NCBI GenBank assembly: GCA_030390025.1
Contig: CM059432.1
Location: forward strand, 106,580,001 to 106,644,000
Direction: 5' to 3'
DNA length: 64,000 bases
Origin: Squalus acanthias
Taxonomy: Eukaryota
Shown: positions 50,256 to 64,000 of the stretch, in pieces
Layout of the letters: every line of letters starts with the position of its first letter
Position numbering within the stretch: position 1 is the stretch's first letter
Program-made: the position numbers and the translations under genes
Notes under the pieces: model-generated
What the model saw: the letters and a program-made list of their open reading frames with translations, nothing else
The model's database searches: none
Told to the model about the DNA's origin: nothing

Positions 50256-53206
50256 TCATGTCCAAATTCCTGCCCGCTCCCCGTAACCCTTAATGCCCTT
50301 TACTTCTAGGAAACTGTCTATTTCTGTTTTAAATTTAATTAATGTTGTAGCTTCTACAGCTTTTTGTGGCAGCATATTCCATGGACCTACCACCCTCTGA
50401 GTGAAGTAGTTCCTCCTCATCTCAGTTTTGAAAGAGCAGCCCCTTATTCTAAGACTATGTCCCCTAGTTCTCGTCTCACCCGTCATCGGGAACATCCTCC
50501 CCGCATCCACCCGATCCAACCCCTTCACAATCTTATATGTTTCAATAAGATCGCCTCTCATTCTTCTGAACTCCAATGAGTAGAGTCCCAATCTACCCAA
50601 CCTCTCCTCATATGACCACCCCCTCATCCCCGGGATTAACCGAGTGAACCTTTTTTGCACTGCCTCGAGAGCAAGGATGTCTTTCCTTAAGTAAGGACAC
50701 CAAAACTGTATGCAGTATTCCAGGTGCGGTCTCACCAATACCTTGTACAACTGAAGCAATACCTCCCTATTTTTATATTCTATCCCCCTAGCAATGAAAG
50801 CCAACATTCCATTTGCCTTCTTAATCACTTGCTGCACCTGCATACTAACCTTTTGAGTTTCGTGCACCAGGACCCCCAGATCCCTTTGCACTTCAGTACT
50901 CTCCAGTTTCTTGCCATTAAGATAATAAATTGCTCTAGGATTTTTCCTGCCAAAGTGCATCACCTCACACTTTCCAGTGTTGTATTCCATCTGCCAAATC
51001 TCTGCCCACTTACTTAGCCTGTCTATGTCCCCTTGCAGGTTTTTTATGTCCTCCTCACTCACTACTTTCCCTCCCATCTTTGTATCATCTGCAAATTTTG
51101 ATATGTTACACTTGGTCCCTTCCTCCAAATCGTTAATATAGATTGTGAAGAGTTGGGGACCCAGCACTGACCCCTGTGGAACACCACTAGTTACTGATTG
51201 CCAGTCTGAGAATGAACCATTTATCCCAACTCTTTGCTTTCTGTTAGATAGCCAATCCTCTATCCATGCCAGAATATTACCCCCAATCCCGTGATTTTTT
51301 ACCTTAAGCAATAATCTTTTGTGTGGCACCTTGTCAAATGCCTTTTGGAAGTCTAAATACACTACGTCCACTGGTTCCCCTTTATCCACTCTATATGTTA
51401 CTTCCTCAAAGAACTCCAGCAAATTTGTCAAACATGACTTCCCCTTCGTAAAACCATGCTGACTTTGTCCTATTAAATTATGATTATCCAAATGTCCTGT
51501 TACTGTTTCCTTAATAATGGACTCCAAAATTTTACCTACCACAGATGTTAGGCTAACCGGTCTATAGTTACCAGCCTTCTGTCTACTGCCCTTTTTAAAT
51601 AAGGGTGTTACATTAGCAGTTTTCCAGTCTGCCGGGACCTTAGCGGAATCCAGGGAGTTTTGAAAAATTATTACCAATGCATCTACAATCCCTACCGCCA
51701 CTTCCTTCAAGACTCTAGGATGTAAGCCATCAGGTCCAGGTGATTTATCCGCCTTGAGTCCCATTATTTTACCGAGTACCACTTCCTTAGTGATTTTGAT
51801 CGTGTTTAGCTCCTCTCCCCCTATAGCCCCCTGTTTGTCCAGTGTTGGGATATTCTTAGTGTCCTCTACTGTAAAGACTGATACAAAATATTCATTCAGT
51901 GTTTTTGCCATCTCCATATTTCCCACCATTAATTTCCCGGTCTCATCCTCTAAGGGACCAACATTTACTTTAGCCACCCTTTTTCTTTTTATATAACTAT
52001 AAAAACTCTTACTATCTGTTTTTATATTTTTTGCTAATTTACTTTCATAATCTATCTTCCCTTTCTTAATCAATCTTTTTGTTATTTTTTGCTGCCTTTT
52101 AAAGTTTTCCCAATCCTCTGTCCTCCCACTAGATTTCGCTACCTTATATGCCCTTGTTTTTAGTCGAATACTATCCTTAATTTCTTTACTTAGCCACGGA
52201 TGACTGTCCTTTCTTTTACACCCTTTTCTTTTCAGTGGAATATATTTTTTTGGAAGTTGTAAAATAACTCCTTGAATGTACACCACTGATCATGTGTCGT
52301 CTTACCCTTTAATCTATTTTCCCAATCCACTCTACTCAATTCCGCTCGCATACCTTCATAGTCTCCTTTATTCAAGCTTAGCACGCTTGTTTGAGATCCA
52401 ACCTTCTCACCCTCTAATTGAATATGGAATTCAACCATGTTATGGTCACTCATTCCAAGGGGATCCTTTACTAGGACATTTTTAATTAATCCTGTCTCGT
52501 TACACAGGACCAGATCTAAGGTTGCTTGCCCCCTGGTCGGTTCAGTTACATACTGCTCAAGAAACCCATCCCTAATACACTCAATGAACTCATCCTCAAG
52601 GCAGCCCTGCCCCATTTGATTTGTCCAATTAATATGATAGTTAAAATCCCCCATAATTATAGATGTTCCCTTATTACATGCCTCAACTATTTCCTGATTG
52701 ATACTCCGTCCAATAGAGTTGCAACTGTTCGGAGGCCTATAGACTACGCCCACTAATGTTTTTTTCCCCTTATTATTCCTTATCTCCACCCAAACTGTTT
52801 CATTATCATGATTTTTTGACCCAATATCATTACTCTGTATTACAGTGATTCCTTCCTTTATTAACATAGCCACCCCACCTCCCCTTCCTTCCTGCCTGTC
52901 CTTCCTGATCGTTAAATAACCTGGTATGTTTAATTCCCAGGCATTGTCACCCTGCAGCCATGTTTCTGTAATGGCCACAATATCATAACCATATGTAGTT
53001 ATTTGTGCCATTAACTCGTCTATTTTGTTACGAATGCTACGTGCATTCAGATAGAGAACTTTCAAATATGCTTTGTGGCACTTAGTTCCTGCTTTTTCAC
53101 TTTTTACCAGTTTACCTTTTACTCCACACACTCTGTCCCTTCCTGCCACGCTCTGATTTGTGATTCCCCTACTGCTACCTATGTCTATGACCCTCTCTGT
53201 TGTCAT
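50256..53206 (-). CDS. CR1 ORF2 (APE endonuclease + RT) with a single frameshift at ~52245-52251
   Basis: 324-aa ORF (YLNARS, TETWL, YRPP, GDFN, SDH) overlaps a 676-aa ORF (QGSVLGP, FADD); no other stops. Confidence 0.9.
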
Positions 53207-53244
53207 TTTTATTTTTTGCTCTCTTGAAACCTCCCCCCCACTAA

Positions 53245-53989
53245 TTAGTTTAAAGCCCTCTCCACAGCCCTAGTTATTCGATTCGCCAGGACACTAGTCC
53301 CAGCACTGGCCAAGTGAAGTCCGTCCCAACGGAACAGCTCTCTCCTGCCCCAGTACTGGTGCCAGTGTCCCAAGAAGCAAAACCCATTTTTCCCACACCA
53401 GTCTTTGAGCCACGCATTCAACTCCCTGATTTTATTTACCCTAGCCAAATTTGCTCGTGGCTCAGGTAGTAATCCAGAGATTATTACCCTCGAGGTTCTG
53501 CTTTTTAATTTGGCCCCTAGCTGCTCAAACTCCCTCAGCAGAACCTCTTTCCTTGTCCTATCTATGTCATTGGTACCAACATGGACCACGACAACTGGAT
53601 CCTCCCCCTCCCACTCCAAGTTTCTCTCCAGCCCAGAGGAGATGTCCTTAACCCTGGCACCGGGCAGGCAACACAGCCTTCGGGACTCTCGCTCTTGGCT
53701 GCAAAGAACCCTATCTATCCCCCTAATGATACTATCCCCTACCACTACAACATTTCTTTTTACTCCCCCCACTTGAATGGCCCCCCTTACCACGGTGCTG
53801 TGGCCAGGTTGCTCATCCTCCCTGCAGTCCCCGCTCCTATCCACACAGGGAGTAAGAGCCTCGAACCTGTTGGACAAGAGCAAGGGCTGCGGCTCCTCCA
53901 ACACTACCTCCTGGATCCCTGTACCTGCCTCACTCGTAGTCACACCTTCCTGTCCCTGACCACGGGCTACTTCTGAATTAGTTACTCTT
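53245..53989 (-). CDS. CR1 ORF1 C-terminal part, SGNH/GDSL esterase domain
   Basis: LSNRFEAL, VVGDSIIR, CLPGARV, HVGTND, DGLHL. Confidence 0.88.
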
Positions 53990-56900
53990 AGGACCCTGAG
54001 TACACACACACCCCGAGCCCAGGATCCTGAGTACACCCACACACAGAGCACCGGAACCTGTGTACACTCACATCCCGAGCCCCAAGAAACTGTGTAAACT
54101 CACACCCTGAGCCCCAAGAACATGTGTACACATACCCCGAGCCCCGGACTCTGTGTACACACACACCCCGAGCCCCGGACCCTGTGTACACACACACACA
54201 CCGAGCCCTGGACCCTGTGTACACACAGCCTGACCCCCGAACCCAGGACCTCTGTACACACACACCCTGAGCCCAGGACCCTGGGTACACACACACCCCG
54301 AGACCCGGACCCTGTGTACACATACCCCGAGACCCGGACCCTGGGTACACACACACCCCGAGACCAGGACCCTGTGTAGACACACCCCGAGCCCAGGACC
54401 CTGTGTACACACACACCCCGAGCCCCGGACCGTGTGTACAAACACATCCTGAGCCACGGACCCTGTACACACACACCCCGAGCCACGGACCCTGAGTACA
54501 CACACACCCCGAGCCCAGGACCTGTGTACACACTACCCCTAACCCGGATCCTGTCTACACACACACACCCCGAGCCACAGACCCTGTACACACACACCCC
54601 GAGCCACGGACCCTGAGTACACACACACCCCGAGCCCAGGACCCTGTGTACACACACACACACCGAGCCCTGGACCCTGTGTACACACAGCCTGACCCCC
54701 GAACCCAGGACCTCTGTACACACACACCCCGAGCCCAGGACCCTGTGTACACACACCCCGAGCCCAGGACCCTGTGTACACACACACCCCGAGCCCCGGA
54801 CCGTGTGTACAAACACACCCCGAGCCACGGACCCTGAGTACACACAGCCTGACCCCCGAACCCAGGACCTGTGTACACACACACCCCAGAGCCCAGGACC
54901 TGTGTACACACACACCCCTAACCCGAATCCTGTCTACACACACACACCCCGAGCCCCGTACCCTGTGTACACACACCCCGAGCCCCGGATCCTGTGTACA
55001 CACACACCCCGAGCCCAGGACCCTGAGCACACACACCCCGAGCCCAGGACACTATGTACACACACACCCCGAGCCACGGTCCCTGAGTACACAAACACTA
55101 AGCCCAGGACCCTGTGTACACACCCCGAGACAAGGACCCTGTGTACACACACACCCCTAACCCGGACCCTGTGTACACACACACCCCGAGCCACGGACCC
55201 TGTACACACACACCCCGAGCCACGGACCCTGAGTACACACACACCCCGAGCCCAGGACCCTGTGTACACACAGCCTGACCCCCGAACCCAGGACCTCTGT
55301 ACACACACACCCTGAGCCCAGGACCCTGTGTACACACCCCGAGACCCGGACCCTGTGTACACATACCCCGAGACCCGGACCCTGGGTACACACACACCCC
55401 GAGACCAGGACCCTGTGTAGACACACCCCGAGCCCAGGACCCTGTGTACACACACACCCCTAGCCCCGGACCGTGTGTACAAACACATCCTGAGCCACGG
55501 ACCCTGTACACACACACCCCGAGCCACGGACCCTGAGTACACACACACCCCGAGCCCAGGACCTGTGTACACACTACCCCTAACCCGGATCCTGTCTACA
55601 CACACACACCCCGAGCCCCGGACCCTGTGTACACACACCCCGAACCCTGGACCCTGTGTACACACACACACACCGATCCCTGGACCCTGTGTACACACAG
55701 CCTGACCCCCGAACCCAGGACCTGTGTACACACACACCCCGAGCCCAGGACCCTGTGTACACACACCCCCGAGCCCAGGACCCTGTGTACACACACACCC
55801 CGAGCCCCGGACCGTGTGTACAAACACACCCCGAGCCACGGACCCTGTACACACACACCCCGAGCCACGGACCCTGAGTACACACACCCCGAGCCACGGA
55901 CCCTGAGTACACACACCCCGAGCCCCGGACCCTGAGTACACACAGCCTGACCCCCGAACCCAGGACCTGTGTACACACACACCCCAGAGCCCAGGACCTG
56001 TGTACACACACACCCCTAACCCGAATCCTGTCTACACACACACACCCCGAGCCCCGTACCCTGTGTACACACACCCCGAGCCCCGGACCCTGTGTACACA
56101 CACACCCCGAGCCCAGGACCCTGAGCACACAAACACTAAGCCCAGGACCCTGTGTACACACCCCCCGAACCCCGGACCCTGTGGACAAACACCCCGAGAC
56201 AAGGACCCTGTGTACACACACTGCGAGCCTCGGACCCTGTGGACACACACCCTGAGCCCTGGACCCTGTGTACACACCCCGAGACCTGGACCCTGTGTAC
56301 ACACACACCCTGAGCCCAGGACCCTGTGTACACACCCCGAGACCCGGACCCTGGGTACACACACACCCCGAGCCACGGACCCTGTGTACACACACACCCC
56401 GAGCCACGGACCCTGAGTACACACACACCCCGAGCCCAGGACCCTGTGTACACACAGCCTGACCCACGAACCCAGGACCTGTGTACACACACACCCTGAG
56501 CCCAGGACCCTGTGTACACACCCCGAGACCCGGACCCTGTGTACACATACCCCGAGACCCGGACCCTGGGTACACACACACCCCGAGACCAGGACCCTGT
56601 GTACACACACCCCGAGCCACGGACCCTGAGTACACACACACCCCGAGCCCAGGACCCTGTGTACACACACACCCCAGAGCCCAGGACCTGTGTACACACA
56701 CACCCCTAGCCCGAATCCTGTCTACACACACACACCCCGAGCCCCGTACCCTGTGTACACACACCCCGAGCCCCGGACCCTGTGTACACATACCCCGAGA
56801 CCCGGACCCTGGGTACACACACACCCCGAGCCACGGACCCTGAGTACACACACACCCCGAGCCCAGGACCCTGTGTACACACACACACACCGAGCCCTGG

Positions 56901-59900
56901 ACCCTGTGTACACACAGCCTGACCCACGAACCCAGGACCTGTGTACACACACACCCTGAGCCCAGGACCCTGTGTACACACCCCGAGACCCGGACCCTGT
57001 GTACACATACCCCGAGACCCGGACCCTGTGTACACACACCCCGAGCCACGGACCCTGAGTACACACAGCCTGACCCCCGAACCCAGGACCTGTGTACACA
57101 CACACCCCAGAGCCCAGGACCTGTGTACACACACACCCCTAGCCCGAATCCTGTCTACACACACACACCCCGAGCCCCGGACCCTGTGTATACACACCCC
57201 GAGCCCAGGACACTATGTACACACACACCCCGAGCCACGGTCCCTGAGTACACAAACACTAAGCCCAGGACCCTGAGCACACACACCCCGAGCCCAGGAC
57301 ACTATGTACACACACACCCCGAGCCACGGTCCCTGAGTACACAGACACTAAGCCCAGGACCCTGTGTACACACCCCCCGAACCCCGGACCCTGTCTACAC
57401 ACACACACACCGAGCCATGGAGACTGTGGACAAACACCCCGAGCCCAGGACCCTGTGTACACACCCCGAGACCCGGACCCTGTGTACACATACCCCGAGA
57501 CCCGGACCCTGTGTACACACACCCCGAGCCACGGACCCTGAGTACACACAGCCTGACCCCCGAACCCAGGACCTGTGTACACACACACCCCAGAGCCCAG
57601 GACCTGTGTACACACACACCCCTAGCCCGAATCCTGTCTACACACACACACCCCGAGCCCCGGACCCTGTGTATACACACCCCGAGCCCAGGACACTATG
57701 TACACACACACCCCGAGCCACGGTCCCTGAGTACACAAACACTAAGCCCAGGACCCTGAGCACACACACCCCGAGCCCAGGACACTATGTACACACACAC
57801 CCCGAGCCACGGTCCCTGAGTACACAGACACTAAGCCCAGGACCCTGTGTACACACCCCCCGAACCCCGGACCCTGTCTACACACACACACACCGAGCCA
57901 TGGAGACTGTGGACAAACACCCCGAGCCCAGGACCCTGTGTACACACACCGCGAGCCCCGGACCCTGTGGACACACACTCCCGGAATCTTGGATCCTGTG
58001 TACACAAACACCCTGAGCCCCGGACCTGTGTACACAAACACCCTGAGCCCAGGACCCTGTGTACATTCACATCCCCGAGACCCGTACCCTGTGCACAAAC
58101 ACACTGAGCCCCGTACCCTGTGTACACACACACCCTCCGGGCCCAGGACCCTGTGTACACACACATCCCTGAACCAAGGACCGTGTACACAAACACCCTG
58201 AGCCCAGGACCCTGTGTACATTCACATCCCCGAGACCCGTACCCTGTGCACAAACACACTGAGCCCCGTACCCTGTGTACACACACACCCTCCGGGCCCA
58301 GGACCCTGTGTACACACACATCCCTGAACCAAGGACCGTGTACACACACACCCTGAGCACAGGCCCCTGTGTACACACACCCCGAGCCCTGGATCCTGTG
58401 TACACAAACACCCCCAGCCACGGACCTGTGTACATACACACCCCTAACCCGGACCCTGTCCACACACACACCCTCCGAGCCCAGGACCCTGGGTACAGAC
58501 ACACCCCGAGCCACGGACCCTGAGTACACAAACACCCTGAGCACAGGCCCCTGTGTACACACACACCCCGAGACACGGACCCTGTGTACACAAACACCCT
58601 GAGCCCAGGACCCTGTGTACACACACATCCCTGAACCAAGGACCCTGTGTACACACACACCCCGAGACCCGAGACCCGGACCCTGTGTACACACACCCCG
58701 AGCCCAGGACCCTTTGCACACACACACACCCCGAGCCACGGACCCTGAGTACGCACACACCCCGAGCCCAGGACCCGGTGTACACACACACACACCGAGC
58801 CCTGGACCCTGTGTACACACACACCCCAGAGCCCAGGACCTGTGTACACACACACCCCTAACCCGGATCCTGTCTACACACACACACCCCGAGCCCAGGA
58901 CCCTGTGTACACACACACACACACACACCGAGCCCTGGACCCTGTGTACACACAGCCTGACCCCCGAACCCAGGACCTGTGTACACACACACCCCGAGCC
59001 CAGGACCCTGTGGACACACACACACCGAGTCCCGGACCCTGTGTACACACAGCCTGAACCCCGTCCCTGTGTACACACACACACCGAGACACGGACACTG
59101 TGTACACAAACACCCTGAGCACAGGCCCCTGTGTACACACACATCCTGAGCCATGGTCCCTGTGTACATTCACACCCCCGAGACCCGCACCCTGCGCACA
59201 AACACACCGAGACCCGGACCCTGTGTACACACACCCCAAGCCCAGGACCCTGTCCACACAAACAGCGAGACCCGGACCCTGTGTACACACACACCCACCG
59301 AGCCACGGAGCCTGTGTACACACACATCCCTGAACCAAGGACCCTGTGTACACACACACCCACCGAGCCACGGAGCCTGTGTACACACACACCCCAAGCC
59401 CAGGACCCTGTGCACACACACACCCCAAGCCCAGGACCCTGTGTACACACACACCCCGAGCCCAGGACCCTGAGCACACAAACAATAAGCCCAGGACCCT
59501 GTGGACACACACCCCGAGCCACGGACCCTGAGTACACACACACCCCGAGCCCAGGACCTGTGTACACACTACCCCTAACCCGGATCCTGTCTACACACAC
59601 ACACCCCGAGCCCCGGACCGTGTGTACAAACACATCCTGAGCCACGGACCCTGTACACACACACCCCGAGCCACGGACCCTGAGTACACACACACCCCGA
59701 GCCCAGGACCTGTGTACACACTACCCCTAACCCGGATCCTGTCTACACACACACACCCCGAGCCCCGGACCCTGTGTACACACACCCCCGAGCCCAGGAC
59801 CCTGTGTACACACACACCCCGAGCCCAGGACCCTGTGTACACACACCCCCGAGCCCAGGACCCTGTGTACACACACACCCCGAGCCCCGGACCGTGTGTA

Positions 59901-62900
59901 CAAACACACCCCGAGCCACGGACCCTGTACACACACACCCCGAGCCACGGACCCTGAGTACACACACCCCGAGCCACGGACCCTGAGTACACACACCCCG
60001 AGCCCCGGACCCTGAGTACACACAGCCTGACCCCCGAACCCAGGACCTGTGTACACACACACCCCGAGCCCCGGACCCTGTGTACACACACACCTCGAGC
60101 CCAGGACCCTGAGCACACAAACACTAAGCCCAGGACCCTGTGTACACACCCCCCGAACCCCGGACCCTGTGGACAAACACCCCGAGACAAGGACCCTGTG
60201 TACACACACCGCGAGCCTCGGACCCTGTGGACACACACCCTGAGCCCTGGACCCTGTGTACACACCCCGAGACCTGGACCCTGTGTACACATACCCCGAG
60301 ACCCGGACCCTGGGTACACACACACCCCGAGACCAGGACCCTGTGTACACACACCCCGAGCCACGGACCCTGAGTACACACACACCCCGAGCCCAGGACC
60401 CTGTGTACACACACACCCCAGAGCCCAGGACCTGTGTACACACACACCCTGAGCCCAGAACCCTGTGTACACACCCCGAGACCCGGACCCTGGGTACACA
60501 CACACCCCGAGCCACGGACCCTGTACACACACACCCCGAGCCACGGACCCTGAGTACACACACACCCCGAGCCCAGGACCCTGTGTACACACAGCCTGAC
60601 CCACGAACCCAGGACCTGTGTACACACACACCCTGAGCCCAGGACCCTGTGTACACACCCCGAGACCCGGACCCTGTGTACACATACCCCGAGACCCGGA
60701 CCCTGGGTACACACACACCCCGAGACCAGGACCCTGTGTACACACACCCCGAGCCACGGACCCTGAGTACACACACACCCCGAGCCCAGGACCCTGTGTA
60801 CACACACACCCCAGAGCCCAGGACCTGTGCACACACACACCCCTAGCCCGAATCCTGTCTACACACACACACCCCGAGCCCCGTACCCTGTGTACACACA
60901 CCCCGAGCCCCGGACCCTGTGTACACATACCCCGAGACCCGGACCCTGGGTACACACACACCCCGAGCCCAGGACCCTGTGTACACACCCCGAGACCCGG
61001 ACCCTGTGTACACATACCCCGAGACCCGGACCCTGTGTACACACACCCCGAGCCACGGACCCTGAGTACACACAGCCTGACCCCCGAACCCAGGACCTGT
61101 GTACACACACACCCCAGAGCCCAGGACCTGTGTACACACACACCCCTAGCCCGAATCCTGTGTACACACACACCCACCGAGCCACGGAGCCTGTGTACAC
61201 ACACACCCCAAGCCCAGGACCCTGTGTACACACAGCCTGAACCCCGTCCCTGTGTACACACACCGCCCCAAGACCCGGACCCTGTGTACACAAACACCCC
61301 AAGCCCCGGACCCTGTGTACACATACCCCGAGACCCGGACCCTGTGTACACACACCCCGAGCCACGGACCCTGAGTACACACAGCCTGACCCCCGAACCC
61401 AGGACCTGTGTACACACACACCCCAGAGCCCAGGACCTGTGTACACACACACCCCTAGCCCGAATCCTGTGTACACACACACCCACCGAGCCACGGAGCC
61501 TGTGTACACACACACCCCAAGCCCAGGACCCTGTGTACACACAGCCTGAACCCCGTCCCTGTGTACACACACCGCCCCAAGACCCGGACCCTGTGTACAC
61601 AAACACCCCAAGCCCCGGACCCTGTGTACACATACCCCGAGACCCGGACCCTGTGTACACACACCCCGAGCCACGGACCCTGAGTACACACAGCCTGACC
61701 CCCGAACCCAGGACCTGTGTACACACACACCCCAGAGCCCAGGACCTGTGTACACACACACCCCTAGCCCGAATCCTGTGTACACACACACCCACCGAGC
61801 CACGGAGCCTGTGTACACACACACCCCAAGCCCCGGACCCTGTGTACACATACCCCGAGACCCGGACCCTGTGTACACACACCCCGAGCCACGGACCCTG
61901 AGTACACACAGCCTGACCCCCGAACCCAGGACCTGTGTACACACACACCCCAGAGCCCAGGACCTGTGTACACACACACCCCTAGCCCGAATCCTGTGTA
62001 CACACACACCCACCGAGCCACGGAGCCTGTGTACACACACACCCCAAGCCCAGGACCCTGTGTACACACAGCCTGAACCCCGTCCCTGTGTACACACACC
62101 GCCCCAAGACCCGGACCCTGTGTACACAAACACCCCAAGCCCCGGACCCTGTGTACACATACCCCGAGACCCGGACCCTGTGTACACACACCCCGAGCCA
62201 CGGACCCTGAGTACACACAGCCTGACCCCCGAACCCAGGACCTGTGTACACACACACCCCAGAGCCCAGGACCTGTGTACACACACACCCCTAGCCCGAA
62301 TCCTGTGTACACACACACCCACCGAGCCACGGAGCCTGTGTACACACACACCCCAAGCCCAGGACCCTGTGTACACACAGCCTGAACCCCGTCCCTGTGT
62401 ACACACACCGCCCCAAGACCCGGACCCTGTGTACACAAACACCCCAAGCCCCGGACCCTGTGTACACAGACATCTCGAGACCCTGTCCACACACACCCCG
62501 AGCCCAGGACCCTGTGTACACACACACCCCGAGCCACGGACCCTGAGTACACACACACCCTGAGCCCAGGACCCTGTGTACACACACACCCCGAGCCCAG
62601 GACCCTGTGTACACACACACACCGAGACACGGACCCTGTGTACACAAACACCCTGAGCACAGGCCCCTGTGTACACACACATCCTGAGCTATGGTCCCTG
62701 TGTACATTCACACCCCCGAGACCCGTACCCTGTGCACACACACTCCGAGCCACGGAGCCTGTGTACACACACACCCCAAGCCCAGGACCCTGTGTACACA
62801 CACACCCCAAGCCCAGGACCCTGTGTACACACACACACCAAGCCCAGGACCCTGTGTACACACACCCCGAGCCCAGGACCCTGTCCACACAAACAGCGAG

Positions 62901-64000
62901 CCCAGGACCCTGTGTACACACGCACCCACCGATCCACGGAGCCTGTGTACACACACACCCCAAGCCCCGGACCCTGTGTACACAAACAGTGAGCCCAAGA
63001 CCCTGTGTACACACACACCCACCGAGCCACGGAGCCTGTGTACACACACACCCCAAGCCCAGGACCCTGTGTACACACAGCCTGAACCCCGTCCCTGTGT
63101 ACACACACCGCCCCAAGACCCGGACCCTGTGTACACAAACACCCCAAGCCCCGGACCCTGTGTACACAGACATCTCGAGACCCTGTCCACACACACCCCG
63201 AGCCCAGGACCCTGTGTACACACACACCCCGAGCCACGGACCCTGAGTACACACACACCCTGAGCCCAGGACCCTGTGTACACACACACCCCGAGCCCAG
63301 GACCCTGTGTACACACACACACCGAGACACGGACCCTGAGTACACACACACCCTTAGCCCAGGACCCTGTGTACACACACACCCCGAGCCACGGACCCTG
63401 TGTACACACACACCCCAAGCCCAGGACCCTGTGTACACACACACACCAAGCCCAGGACCCTGTGTACACACACCCCGAGCCCAGGACCCTGTCCACACAA
63501 ACAGCGAGCCCAGGACCCTGTGTACACACACACCCACCGATCCACGGAGCCTGTGTACACACACACCCCAAGCCCCGGACCCTGTGTACACAAACAGTGA
63601 GCCCAAGACCCTGTGTACACACACACCCACCGAGCCACGGAGCCTGTGTACACACACACCCCAAGCCCAGGACCCTGTGTACACAAAAAGCCCCAAGACC
63701 CGGACCCTGTGTACACACACACCCCGAGACCCGGACCCTGTGTACACAAACACCCTGAGCCATGGTCCCTGTGAACATTCACACCCCCGAGACCCGTACC
63801 CTGTGCACAAACACACCGAGCCCCGGACCCTGTCTACACACACACCCACCGAGCCACGGAGCCTGTGTACACACACATCCCTGAACCAAGGACCCTGTGT
63901 ACACACACACCCACCGAGCCACTGAGCCTGTGTACACACACACCCCAAGCCCAGGACCCTGTGTACACACACCCCGAGCCCAGGACCCTGTCCACACAAA

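Larger units (their letters stand above)
50017..53989 (-). mobile_element. Near-full-length young CR1 LINE (5'-truncated within ORF1)
   Basis: ORF1 esterase, ORF2 endonuclease-RT, 3' UTR and (TTCTTATG)n tail. Confidence 0.96.
42824..64000. repeat. ~30-bp satellite (gagcccMggaccctgtgtacacacacacccc)n with higher-order repeats, running off the window end
   Basis: Segments 42824-44580, 48979-50016 and 53990-64000; interrupted by Gypsy and CR1 insertions. Confidence 0.97.

Noticed and set aside
53990..54051. Satellite-derived N-terminus on CR1 ORF1
   Set aside because: Chance in-frame read-in from the flanking satellite at the 5' truncation point
42704..63999. Very long ORFs (up to 794 aa) rich in VCVHR/GPG or THTP
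   Set aside because: They are translations of a stop-poor satellite, open in several frames on both strands

Overview
This is eukaryotic, TE-saturated DNA, most likely from a cartilaginous fish (shark-type CR1, tRNA/Deu-SINE, Penelope, RTE-BovB, Tx1/L1 and two-gene PIF/Harbinger families). No host protein-coding gene can be recognised; one weak exon candidate lies at 3947-4030. Bases 1-42.8 kb are a nest of decayed elements. Two reconstructable two-gene Harbinger transposons (14.6-26.7 kb and 30.8-37.0 kb) carry younger insertions: a full-length RTE with minisatellites at its 5' end, CR1 copies, a 1.6-kb solo LTR and MITEs. From ~42.8 kb to the window end runs a ~30-bp satellite with higher-order repeats, interrupted by a complete Ty3/Gypsy element and a nearly intact CR1. 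The most interesting signal is the Gypsy element. It has no TGG-type tRNA primer site next to its 5' LTR; instead that position carries a 13-nt perfect complement of its own LTR sequence. Its RT motif is YLDN rather than YxDD, and both local insertions of the family lie in or beside CA/GT- and C/G-run repeats. Almost all long ORFs in repeat arrays are artefacts. Coordinates and counts were read by eye and no database searches were run.
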